64,000 nucleotides of DNA, from the NCBI GenBank assembly GCA_043228905.1, contig JBHGNT010000008.1, positions 6,076,001 through 6,140,000 on the forward strand. The letters run 5' to 3'. Shown here piece after piece: positions 12,056 through 24,698 of the stretch. The stretch comes from Azolla caroliniana. Lineage: Eukaryota; Plantae; Polypodiophyta. The position numbers and the translations under genes were made by a program. The notes under the pieces are model-generated. The model was not told the DNA's origin. It did no database searches and saw nothing but the letters and a program-made list of their open reading frames with translations. Positions within the stretch are counted from its first letter, which is position 1, and every line of letters starts with the position of its first letter.

Positions 12056-15000
12056 CTATGTTGCCATTAAAAATGGAGTACCTACCTCTAACTATTGTGC
12101 ACCACCACCAAATATTATGTAATTGTAAATTAAGCTTGGAAACATGTTTATATATTAACAAATGTTAAAAGTACCTTGCACAATCACGTCCATAAGGAGA
12201 GTTAAGAATGACAATGGGAGTCAAGACTTCTTTGAGTACCTAGAATGAGAAAAAATACTAAAAAGGCACAAAAATCACCACTATGGTTTTCCCAACTATT
12301 TTGGCACATTTCACACTAATGTGTCATGACGCGTTCGATTCTACTAGCTTTTCCTCTTTTGTTGTCTTCTTTTGCATCAATACTCACATCCTTGGTACTA
12401 ATGTATCATTGCTGGGTTGTGAAGTGTACAACAAGTAATTAACATGAATGAGAATATTAGTAACAAGAAATCCAAATATTAATAACACTCATATCAACCT
12501 CACATGTTGGAACAACTACAAGGAAATAATACCTAGACAAACTCAATCCCAATATTATTATCCCATGCCATTAAAAGCGAGATAGGTGAACATTATCATC
12601 TTGAACTCCAATTTTTGCATGGAGCATGGAGAGGCCTAGTTAGAAAAAACCACGTATGCATTCCATATTATATTAGGACGTGAAACATATATGGCCATCA
12701 AACGATACTTCCCACCATTGATTACCCAATGTAGTTGAGTAGATTATATAATATATCCTTTACATTCAATACAATGTTAATTCTCTTACATATGAGTCTA
12801 TGAAAAGGGCGTCTACATTCTTACGACAAAAAGGTATGACAAGGATGGTGCTATTCAATGCACATATGTGCCCCTAGTACACTTGTGGTCGCACATCATG
12901 TGAGCAGTTAAGCAAGTTATCACAACATAATCCACCATGTGTGAAATTATTCTCATCCAAATTGCTTAGTGCAATGGAACAAGCTCTTCAAAATATACTC
13001 ACTTTTTATCCTATAAAGCAAAGAAATGGCAAGCTCTCTATTATTAGGCTTTCCCTTTCCATAGATTTCGTCTCTTCTCTATTAATGTAGGAACACACAT
13101 CCGTGTGGGTTACATGTGCAAACTCTAACTAAAATAGATTTGCCAATAAAAATGTACTCTCATAAGAAAACCCTAATATTTTTCCTACATCTCTTTCTAT
13201 TGCTCAAGGCGGCTAGTTATGTTCAACCTTCCATTTCCTTCTAAGGCCTTTTAGATCTCTATTTTCATGTAATGCCTAAGCATTGTAGCCAAGTTCTCAA
13301 GAAAAAGCAACATTTTAACCTTTCCAAATGGAAAGTTATCTTCCATCACCAAAGAGAAACACCATATTGTTAGATTTAAAATACTTTGCATACTCTCTTA
13401 TGTCTACCATACAACCAAGTTGACAAGCTACATTAGTGAGCCGATTATTTCTAGTAGACCAAAGTGTGGTCACACCCTTGTTATCAAGCCCTAATATATA
13501 ACCAACTTTGGTTGCAACTTCATCAAATCCAATAAGTTATCTCATAATCCCTAACTGCTCCCATGTTCCCGAAGTCTTTTGTATCAAGTTTGCAAAACCA
13601 AGGAGGTGTACACATGATGACTTTAGAACCTTTTCAAGGTGGAAAGTGGTATCTCCCCCACAGGGTCTCTCTAAGAAATCCTAGTTGCTCATGCTCTTTT
13701 CAAAGTCTAAAATATCCTTGCAAATCCAGGCTGGCCAATGCAAATATAAAGGAAATAATCAGTGTTAACCTTTTTTCCGAAGGGAAAGTTGGATTGCATC
13801 ATCAAAAATGCCATAACACTCTATCTCTCATCTTTTTACATTTTTGGTCAGTTTGCCTTTTGACACTCTTTCTCTTAAAGAAATGCCATAATCTCTCTCG
13901 TCTCATTAGCTTTTGACACCCCCTTTCTCTTAAAGAAATACCATATTCCCTCTCCTCTTGCTACTCTTCATATTTAGATGCATAATTTCCCTTAAAGAAA
14001 TGCCATAATATCTCTTTATCTCTCTCCACACATCTGTTTTGTCCGAAGCAAATGCCATACTTTCTCCTCTCTCTCTCTCTCAACACATCCTTTCATATAT
14101 CATTGTCTTTTCGACCTTAGCTTTCCTACTCCACTTACCACAAGCCCCCCAACATAGTTAAGCCAACATAGATAGAGTAATTGAGGGGGAAATGAGCTTG
14201 CGCTAAAAGGATCATCTTGGAGAGAACTATAAAATACAATGGGCTCAGAAGATGCTTGAGACCATCCAAGAGAAGAGTGATACCCCTCTATACAATAGAA
14301 AGAAAGAAAGAAATGTTAACGTCGTGTAAGACCAAAATTTGCCCATGAGACAATTAGTTACAATATTGGGAGGTGTACCCAATCATCGAAAATAAAAATA
14401 ACAAAAACATATTAGGCAAGTGTGGAACACACTAAACATGGACGAAAGGAATTGAACTTGTGCAAGCCATCCCACATGATTTCTACCCATGCCCAATAAC
14501 CACTCTAGCATGTCCACTCATGTGGAAACCTCAAAAGCTCAAGCTAATATGCAAGTATAACAATACATTCGAACATAGGTATTTTGGGATGGGTCAATGC
14601 GATCGATATTAACTTCTCGCTTTGCATATTTAATTATCATCATTAAAATAAGAGGTATAATGTTTTGATTTTATAGTTTGCATGTGGCCTCCTTAAAGAC
14701 ATGGATACACTCACACACCTCCTAAAAAGTAAATCCTTTACTCTCTTATAACTATAACTAATGGAAGGACTGTTTTTTTGGAAAATAAATAAATAAATGA
14801 ATAAATCCTTTACTCTCTTTGCTAGAGAGGGCAAGGTGTGACACATATGGTGCATATTCATGTATATATGCAAACCCAAACATTTATATGTACCCCCTGT
14901 AATCGAATTGATCGATGAGACCCTACGTTGTTCTTCTTGAAGCTCCATGATTTCTGAAGCCATTGGACCGCATTCCCCTTAAGAGTGGCCTAATGTTGTA

Positions 15001-15099
15001 GTGGAGGCGGGTGCTCCGAAAGTATCACATCACTCTCGGCAAATTAGTTTTTTCAAAAGGGGGGGAAGTTCAGATGCGGAGAGAGATGCTCATCTTTCT

Positions 15100-15380
15100 A
15101 TACATACATAGATACATACATATGTATGTATATATGTATATAAACACACACACACACATATGTGCATGCATGCATACAAATACATACACACACATATATG
15201 TGCATGCATGCATACAAACACACACACACACATCTATGTACATGCATACAAACATACAAACACAAACACATACAGACACACATACTTATACATGTACACA
15301 TACATACATACATCGATACATACATACTTACGCACATGCATGCATGCAGACATACATACATACATACACATACGAGCATG
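15100..15380. repeat. Degenerate (AC)n/(ACAT)n microsatellite
   Basis: Purine-pyrimidine alternating low-complexity tract; source of spurious ORFs. Confidence 0.9.
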
Positions 15381-15394
15381 GATGTATATGGGAT

Positions 15395-15672
15395 CATAGT
15401 ACGTAATATTCGTGTTCGTTAGCCCAAACATTCGTTTTATACGTTTGAAAACGAATGCGTATGTTATTAAAACATGTTTTTTAAAAACAATTTTTTACCT
15501 TAACTTACCTTTAACTTTCTTAGCCTAAAAAATAAAAAAACCTTATAATAAATGATGAGTGCAAAAGTATGGTATTTACCATACGTCGAGGGTGTTTTTG
15601 CATGCTCGAATGATAAAAGAATGAGCTCGAGCGAGAATGAACGAATGGTACGTATGATTCATTCATACTATG
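15395..15672. mobile_element. Possible hAT-type MITE upstream of beta-tubulin
   Basis: Short TIR CATAGTA...TACTATG; imperfect 8-bp flanks TATGGGAT/TATGGATA; subterminal TTCG/CGAA repeats. Confidence 0.4.
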
Positions 15673-15707
15673 TATGGATAATGGGATGTTCTTCCCACAG
15701 TTCGCCG

Positions 15708-15900
15708 GCCACGTGAGCAGCCAGCTGGCGGGAGGGTGGGTGCCACGTCGGCGGGGTCAGGGGGCAAGGCGGGGTCCACGTCAGCATGTCAGGGGGGGCG
15801 GCAAAGCACGACGTTGGGAGATGACGTGGAGCCAAGAGCGCGTCTGTGTGTGTGAAAGCGCCCCATTTTGAAATTGCTCTCTCTTCTCTCTCTTCTCTCT

Positions 15901-15931
<31 letters not shown>

Positions 15932-16102
15932 TTGTCTGTGTCTGTGTGTCTGTCTCTGTCTATAAGACCACGCTCCCCCCTGCAAACCCTAATCTCCGCC
16001 CCTCCTCCCTAGCTTCTCCAAGAAGCTACCTGCATCTCCCCCCTCACTCGAGAAACCCTAGCTTCTCCATCTTCCACCCCCCGCTCACTCGCCAAACCCT
16101 AG
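15708..16102 (+). promoter_or_regulatory. Beta-tubulin proximal promoter: ACGT (G-box/hex) cluster, (CT)n, TATA and telo-boxes
   Basis: CACGTG 15710, CCACGTC 15743, CCACGTCA 15776, TGACGTGG 15822; (CT)n ~15878-15930; TATAA at 15961; AAACCCTA at ~15984, ~16054 and ~16093. Confidence 0.6.
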
Positions 16103-16162
16103 CTTCCCCCCTGCTCGCTCTTCATACCTCCATCTCCACCTCCATCTCTCTCTCTCGCCACC

Positions 16163-18063
16163 ATGCGTGAGATCCTGCACATCCAGGCCGGCCAATGCGG
16201 TAACCAGATCGGAGCCAAGTTCTGGGAGGTCGTCTGCACCGAACATGGCATCGACCCCACCGGTAGCTACTGCGGCACCTCCGACATGGAGCTGGAGCGT
16301 GTCAATGTCTACTACAATGAAGCCAGCTGTGGACGCTACGTTCCCCGTGCCGTTCTCATGGATCTTGAGCCAGGAACCATGGACAGTGTCAGAACTGGCC
16401 CCTATGGACAGATCTTTCGACCTGATAACTTTGTCTTTGGTCAGTCTGGCGCAGGTAACAACTGGGCCAAAGGCCATTATACCGAAGGTGCAGAGCTCAT
16501 CGACTCTGTTCTCGATGTTGTTCGTAAAGAAGCTGAGAACTGCGACTGTCTTCAAGGTACCTTTCTGTTTCACACATCTCCCTTCGTTTCTCGCAAACAC
16601 CGTTACTCCTTTCATGAAGCGGTTTCTGTATCTTCTAGATCTGTGTTTTCCTGCGTTTTGAATGTAATAGAAGGTCTCGGATTGAGTCGTTATGGTCAGA
16701 TCTGGTGCTCTTTTGCATGTTGGTTATCCTGTAAGACGTTTATTTGCCGTCTTTTAGGCTTGTCTTCAGGTTTCTGGCTGGTCTTCTGGGATTGTTTCAG
16801 GTGTGATTTTGAACAGACCTTGGAGATTTTGGAGTGAATCCTGTAGTTTATATCTAGGTTATTGTTTCGTCAGATCCTGCATAATGTAGCTCGTACCTTT
16901 TTACATAAGTCTTCAGATCTAAATCAACGTTTACTTCTGCATGTATTTACGAATCCACAATTCGTTATTTAAGGGCATAGATTATTCGTCTGAAATTTGT
17001 TCTTTTGCAACCTCAGGTTTCCAAGTGTGTCATTCCCTCGGTGGAGGCACCGGATCTGGCATGGGAACGCTTCTGATTTCTAAGATTAGGGAAGAATATC
17101 CCGACAGAATGATGATGACATTTTCGGTCTTCCCTTCTCCAAAGGTCTCAGACACAGTCGTGGAGCCATACAATGCGACATTGTCTGTTCATCAACTAGT
17201 TGAGAACGCAGATGAGTGTATGGTACTAGACAATGAGGCTTTATATGATATCTGCTTCCGAACCTTGAAGCTGGTCACGCCTACCTGTAAGTTCTACTTG
17301 AAATTGTATCTCTGTATGATGTTTTGGGAGCTTGTAATGTTCTCTGAAGCCTCAATTTTCAGATTTCCCTGACACTGTGTGCACGTTCTTTGCAGTTGGA
17401 GACCTAAATCACTTGATTTCTGCAACAATGAGCGGTGTTACATGCTGTCTGAGGTTCCCGGGTCAGCTCAACTCCGATCTGAGGAAGCTTGCAGTGAATC
17501 TGATTCCATTTCCTCGTCTCCATTTCTTCATGGTTGGATTTGCACCCCTCACTTCTCGTGGATCCCAACAATATAGGGCTCTCACTGTGCCTGAGCTGTC
17601 TCAACAAATGTGGGATGCCAAGAACATGATGTGTGCTGCAGATCCTCGCCATGGAAGATACCTGACTGCTTCCGTTATGTTCAGAGGAAAAATGTCTACC
17701 AAAGAAGTAGACGAGCAGCTCATCAATGTGCAGAACAAGAATTCCTCCTACTTCGTGGAATGGATACCTAACAATGTGAAATCCAGTGTTTGTGACATTC
17801 CTCCAGTGGGATTGAAGATGGCATGCACCTTCATTGGGAATTCTACTTCGATTCAAGAAATGTTCAGGCGTGTGAGCGATCAATTCACTGCTATGTTTAG
17901 GAGAAAAGCTTTCTTGCATTGGTACACGGGTGAAGGCATGGATGAAATGGAGTTCACTGAAGCTGAGAGTAACATGAATGATCTTGTCTCTGAATACCAA
18001 CAGTATCAGGATGCAACTGCAGAGCCAGAGGGCGAGTATGAAGAAGAATATGATGAAGCTTAA
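16163..18063 (+). CDS. TUB: Beta-tubulin, 443 aa; exons 16163-16556, 17017-17286, 17396-18063
   Basis: [17 protein letters not shown] start, GGGTGSG GTP-binding motif, acidic tail [15 protein letters not shown] introns at the usual plant positions (394- and 270-bp first exons). Spliced length 1332 bp, in frame. Confidence 0.98.
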
Positions 18064-20576
18064 TTGTGAACAATTGCCGGGTTGGGATAAAGAATGAATG
18101 AAGACGAAGCTTAGCCATGGCTACTCTTTTCTGGGAGGCAATCTCAGTCTTTTTGCTGCTACTTGCAGCAGGTTTATTAGCTTTCGATTTTTGTAACTTT
18201 TATTTTCTGCTAAGTGCTGAACGCTTCTTCTTGTTTACTGTTTTTTGTTTAGTTCAATGCCATACTCTGTTCTTAAGTGTCCATATCGTCAATTCCACTG
18301 TTCATACGATTTATTTTAGAGTCTCCGATGCACTCAAAATACTCTTTTCCTGCCATGGCCATGCAATCGAAGGTTTTCTGTTTGTGTATGCACAGAAATG
18401 TCTTTGATTTTGAAGTTGTTATCTCTGGTAAAAATTGAAAAAGAACTCTCCGTTTTGAATGTATGTTAACGTAATTGACTGGCTTTTGAGAATGTAAGCG
18501 CGCACAGAAAAATATCTGTTCTGTCTGTTTCTGTAAAGACAGATGATGGATGGCCTACACTAAACCAAGGTCTTGATTTTTTGGAAGGTTGGAAGACACA
18601 CACATCTATCATCACTGTGTTGGCATTAAATGTCTTGTGTTTGTACATTTTGTCTCATTCCTGCTTTCCATTGATAGATGGGTTTTCTTCGACTGGAAAC
18701 TACAGTCCCCATTCGATGGTCAATGGGGTTTCTGATCAGAAAACAGCAGCTCCCTATCAAATGCATGAAGTTTTTGGTTTGGGAAATCATGTCTGACATA
18801 TGTACATCCTATCCTATCACTGCCAGATTGGTATGGTTTCTTGAATATAGCTTCTTGTTTAGTATATGTGAACTATAGCTATAGGGGAAATAATTGTTCA
18901 CAGCCACAAAGGAACCATGTATATATACATATTTGTGTTCACTCCCAATTATTTTCTGTCTTCTTTCGTCTGAATCAATCCTGCCGTGCATGATCTATGA
19001 GCATATATGTACCAAACGGTTTCTTTAGAAATTTTCACAAAATGGGCAGATGGGAAACAGAGACTTTTGGTTAGCTAGGCTAGTTAAGGCTTTCTCTATC
19101 CATCCATTGGACAGAGCAATTTTCCTACTATCATTATACTTACCAGTGACTGTATTAATTCATTTTGCTAATGAGCAGAGGATTATGTGTCAAAAACATT
19201 CTCATCAGAGTTAAAAAAAAAGTGATCTACAATTTAGAACTGCTGTTATAAGCATGCTCATCAGAGCTTTTTCTAAAAATTGATCAACAATTTAGAACTG
19301 CTGTTATGAAAAGACCTCTGGTTTGCAAGTAGCTCATTTGATTCTTTTTTAAAAGTTGATCTTCTATGTGTAATGGTTGTATTGAGCTGTTTTCATAGAT
19401 TTGTGGAAATCTGTTTTTAAAATTGATCTACAATGTAAAACTGCTGTTACAAAAAGACTTGTGGTTCGCGAGAAGCTCATTAGATTCTGTTTTAAAAGTC
19501 GATCTCCCATGTGTAATGGTTGCTGGTTTCATAGATCTGTGGAAATGTGTGTTTTAGATCGCTCAACGTGATGCCATCTTTGGTTTTGTTTTATTTTTTA
19601 TCGTGTGGCATGCTTGGTAATACATGGGGACCTGGGGTGTGGAAGCACACTAGCTAAGAAAATAGATAGTTTTGTGAACAACAAGGTTATGCTTGAATGT
19701 TAGGATGGGCAGATTGTTATTGATTTGGACCACGTGGCATATAGGTCGTACATGATGGAGGTTCTAAGGAATCAGAACATGTATTCATGTGCTTGTAGGT
19801 CTTACATGACAAGATCAATTGCATCAAAATCTTAGGTCAATTATCATTCTATTGGCATGGGATATTAAGAAGTTTAAAAATTTGATTGTCAAACTGTGAT
19901 GTAAAGATTGTCAGCTCAAATGTCCACATCAATACAATATACATGTGTACCGCACATGGGAGACATTGGATGTCTTACCAAATGTTGGATTAGACTATGT
20001 ACACATGCTTCCCTCATGCATTGCATGCATATAAGGAAAACTTAATAGATTGCCATCACATTGGAGGGTATTGTTGCACTTGGTTAATATAATTGATGAA
20101 TCAATGCAATGAAGATATCATGAATTACACGATTGATTCGAATTGAGCAAATATTAGAAAAGTATGGGACGGATTCGAATTAAGTTAACACCTTGATAAA
20201 ACTAAAAATGTGCGTGTATGTGTGTTAGTAAGTATTGCAAGAGAATAAGATTAAGATAAATATACGTAGGAGAATATAAGATGATTAAGTTCTAGTTTGA
20301 TTTCTATAATTGCATGCTTTTGTAGGCCTCAGACAAAACACTAAGAGGTATGTTTTTTCATAATGTCATTAAATAAATATCTACTAGGCCTCACTTGTAT
20401 GTGTGTGGTTTCTATCTATGTCTTTCATTCTAATCATTGAATTATAATAACACAAACAACAATGGAGAAAAAAGGTAAGCTTGTTAATTGAATTATTGAC
20501 TTGTCTTAATCTAAGAGTTGTACAAAACTTGGGAATCACATCCAGGTGTGTGTTAGATGGAAGAAGGCTCAAAATT

Positions 20577-23566
20577 TCAAGGTGCAATGGGGCCAAAGGA
20601 GGGAGTGATGGAAGGAGAGGGGGTATTATAGTAGTAGTTATAATCATAAGTATTAGAAGGGGCAAGAGATGGGATTGGTGTTGGAGATGGAGAAGGATAT
20701 GATGGAGAAGGTGAAGGGGCAAGAGTAGGTGTGGTATATGGACTGAGATAGGAAGAAGGAGAAGGTCCTGGGGCGGGGGTATTAGATGTAATATAGTTAA
20801 AAGTATAAGGAGAAGGGGCAAGAGTAGGGGGAAGGGTAGGGGTGGGGATAAGATTGAATAAAGATGGAGAGGGTGCCAATGTAGGAGTAGAGCCAATGTA
20901 GGTATCATACCCAAAAGAAGGAGAAAGGGTAGGGGTAGGACTAGAGGGTGAAGGGGTAGGAGTAGGATTAGATATCTGATAAGGAGAAAGGATAGGCCTA
21001 GGGCTTGGAATATTAGAAACATAAGTTGAAGGAGAAGGCGAGGGAGTAGGGGTAGGTGTAGGTGTAGGAATATTAGATAGGGAAGGTGAAGGTGAAGGTG
21101 AGGTAATAGGTGGTGTTCCAACATTGCCCGAATTGATATAGTAATCATAATTGTTGTTATTAGAAATGGAAGGAGAAGGAGAAAGAGAAGGAGTAAGAGA
21201 AGGAGAAGGAGAAGGAGAAGGCGGCCAAGGAAGTGGACTAGGTGGTGTTGTCGCTGGACTTGGAGAAGGGATTGGACTAGGAAGTGGAGTATTGTATGTG
21301 CCGACCACTTGTAATTGTTCAGTTATACTTGTAGTTGTGCTTAATTTGTTGGAATTTTGTTGGAGTATCTTTGAGGTGGGGATCAAGTACGACACGAGCT
21401 TTCTGGGGGCCTTTTCCTTCAGTGCTTCACATAGGCCTGGAAGATATATCCCTGCATAATGGATCATGACCATATTAGTCTCATCTCTCTATGCCTTGCT
21501 ACCATTTTCTCTAGAAACATGACATATATCCATTCACGCAAATCCATATCTATCTATTGCAATTAGAAGTTCTAATATGAATATTTTTACATTGAGTGTA
21601 CCACCTTGAGAAATTGGATGTCACTTATGTTAGTGAGGTTTTATATACCTATAATTGGGCATGTGTGGTGGATAGACATGGGACTTATTGTAATTGTTTT
21701 AGTAGGAGATAGCCAAAAGATCAACGTTATATAAGGTAAATACTTGGGAGGCTTTCCCACATGGGATTCTATTGAATGAAATTTTCTTGAACATGGGTGG
21801 GTACATGGGTTAGGGTTCGTTTTAGGGTTTTCCATTTGTGAGGTTTTGTTGAAAATCATAGATCTTCATTGACAATTGCAAGGGAAACATCAAGGGAAGT
21901 GTGAAAAAATGGAAGTTCAAAGTTATCCTTCTTTGTATTGTGTATGTTTTTTAATACTAGTGAAAAGATGAACTTTCTTAGAATATTCTTTTCAAAAGAT
22001 GAATCACTCGAATAATTCAAAATTCAAATGATGCATAAGAAGTGTGGTGTTAAAATATATCATATGTCTTTGTGCATGTGCATGGGTTATGACCTTCTTC
22101 AGCAGCTAGTTTGACGTAAAGGTCATTGATGTTTGGACAATTGGTTCGACAAGATGTAGAGAAGCAGAATTTGGTGGTGAAGCCGCCTTCTAGGAGAGCA
22201 TCTGTGGAGAGTCCGACTGTGAGCCTTTGGAGCCCACACGCGCTTATGCATTCCTCTGTCTCGATCCATTCCATTTGTCTTTCGGCCATGATCACAGATG
22301 TCTAGTATGATGTACACACATCCACACATTGGTTAGAACGCGAAGGTAATTTATAATCACAATATTCTAGAAGACAAACTATATGTTTTCACATTGCATC
22401 TTAGTCCGACAATTTTAATAGCATTATTTGTCTATTTTCAGGGATGAACAAGAAGATTATATAAGGAAAAGATCGATGCATATTAGTGTCATCCTTTGAT
22501 TGCCAAATTAGCACATGACCATGGTGTAAATTGTCCCCTATCCCATGATTGAGAAAACATAAGATGTCAAACACACACTTTGCTATAACTAGGAAAGCAT
22601 ACCCCCCCTCACTTGGTCAAGGGATCCTCGAGAAAGCACACCATGTAGTTCTCAAAGATCTAGGATGGTCTAAGAGACACCCCGTTACATCTTACACACT
22701 TTTCAACTAAGAACATTGGTATATTCCCTTTGTGGTCGAGGGTCAGGGGCAAAAGTGACACCATGGCCTTGTCACATTTTTTAAACTAGTGTCAACCAAG
22801 CGTACCACCAATACTGACTCACTTTCCCACCCCAATGGCTTGTTTGTCCTGCATGACTGATTGATTAACTTCACCACTATCAATACTAGTAATCATAATG
22901 GGAGTTCAAAGAAGTGCATTAAAGATAAGGTTTTTACTTGGCATTTGTAGTCGGGGGCAGAGTTGGTGTTGAGGACTTGTTTCTCGAGTACACATCGTGC
23001 CCCGGACGACGACACGGCAAACGCACAATCCTCGATCGCGAGCTCCTCGCACTCGACCGTCCCTATAGATATCAAAAAGATTAGGATTGATCAAACTTCA
23101 CATCTCGAGCAACAAACATAAAAATCAAGATATGTAGATTCATACTTTAAGTCAAATTTATGTTGTATACTATTGAATTATATAATAATAGATTACATAT
23201 GCATATAGCCACATGGGAGGATTATCTAATGATCCATCAATCCACAAACTAATATTACATGTCAAACAAATTATAACATCTAATCAGATGATTACTTGAA
23301 ATGCACATATACATATATACACATTATACACATATACATATTATACACATGTTAATATATACATATACACATGATATACATATACATATACATATTAATG
23401 AGTATACTTAATTTATACCTGAGACGCCTTTGATGCTTAAGAGAAGAAAGACGTGCAGGGCTAGGAAGCCTATTTTGAATACACTAGTTATAGGCCGTGC
23501 ATATTTATAATTAGAAGTATTGATAGTATGAGGATGCAAATGCTTCTGATCATGAGCCATCATCAT
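20577..23566 (-). CDS. PAR1: PAR1-family secreted Cys-rich protein with long Ser/Thr/Pro/Tyr-rich tail, ~451 aa; exons 23566-23419, 23062-22938, 22301-22094, 21451-20577
   Basis: Exon 1 ends in hydrophobic [19 protein letters not shown]. Then [36 protein letters not shown]...[31 protein letters not shown] (PAR1 family pattern). All introns GT-AG with consistent phases (1,0,1); total 1356 bp. Confidence 0.88.
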
Positions 23567-23914
23567 GTTTATGTTCAATGGCTCTATAGATATATATAAA
23601 ATAGATCAATATGTATATATATGTATGTATGTATTTGATTACTCTTCTTCGATGGATCTACAGATAGATATAAGTATACATATATGTATGGAGTTTGTAA
23701 TATATGGAGAGAATTGAGGAGAGCAGAGCAATTGGGGAGAGGATGGATGGATGATTGTAAGGGAGCAGAAGGAGGGCTCTTCATTATATATACGCACATC
23801 TATTTCCCTTCAATTTAATTATGTTGTAAGTGATAAAGTGGAGAAACCAAAGGGCACGAGTTCGAAACTACCCTCAACCCCTACACCTTCCAATCTCCCC
23901 CTCTCACGGATCCG

Positions 23915-24013
23915 TATACATATACATCATGTATGCATGTATATGTACATACATATATACATATAAACACATATATGTATGCATAGACATATATATGTAC
24001 ACACACACACACA

Positions 24014-24046
<33 letters not shown>

Positions 24047-24140
24047 GTCTACACACACACACACACACACACACACATGTCTACATATTTACACACATAC
24101 ATGCATACATGTATGTGTGTGTGTGTGGGTGTGTGTGTAT
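23915..24140. repeat. (AC)n/(ACAT)n/(GT)n microsatellite
   Basis: Low-complexity alternating tract. Confidence 0.9.
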
Positions 24141-24149
24141 GGCGATGTG

Positions 24150-24560
24150 TATTCGGTGTGCTCCCGATTGGGTTGAATCTTCAAAAGAGATCGATAGCCA
24201 CGCTGCATTGTGCAAGATGTGGTGGACGATTGGAAACGGTCCCACACTTATTATGGACTTGCTCATTCACTACAACATTTGTACAAAGACTAAGCGCGTC
24301 TCTTTATCACAGATTTCCTTGCCGAAGGTTTGGGAAACACTTTTGGCTGTTTGGACAAATTTCGTGTGCCTTATCCAACAATGCCTATTTTCTCTAATGG
24401 GCATAATTTTGGGCACTCTGGACCATTTGGACAACCCACAATAATAAGTTCTTTGATCGAATCCAACTGCATGAAGTTAGCTTCTTTAAGCAATCCCGCA
24501 GGCAATCTCTATTTGATTGTTTGCAACTTAGAGACATCACACTGCAAATTTACAATCACT
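24150..24560 (+). mobile_element. L1-type LINE 3' fragment (zf-RVT region)
   Basis: LPIGLNLQKR...CARCGGRLETVPHLLWTC zinc-finger pattern typical of the L1 ORF2 C-terminus. Confidence 0.65.
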
Positions 24561-24698
24561 TATATATATATATTTTATTCTTTGTGAGTTTTTACCTCAC
24601 TTTGAGGTTTCCCATTAGTAATAAAAGTGTTACTAAAAATAATAATTTAAAGTGTATACACACATATGTACTACATACAAGTATTTATGTATATGTAA

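Noticed and set aside
12060-15000. Possible hidden gene; short AAATGCCATA repeats at ~13805-14060
   Set aside because: No convincing ORF, splice structure or motif; probably old TE debris.
15011-15431. Overlapping ORFs rich in H/T/Y/C/V/M (also 23830-24266)
   Set aside because: Translations of (AC)/(ACAT) microsatellites.
19190-19550. Short imperfect duplications between the convergent genes
   Set aside because: Ordinary local duplications with no evidence of function.
20384-21148. 254-aa Leu/His/Pro ORF
   Set aside because: Alternative frame of the Pro-rich PAR1 exon.
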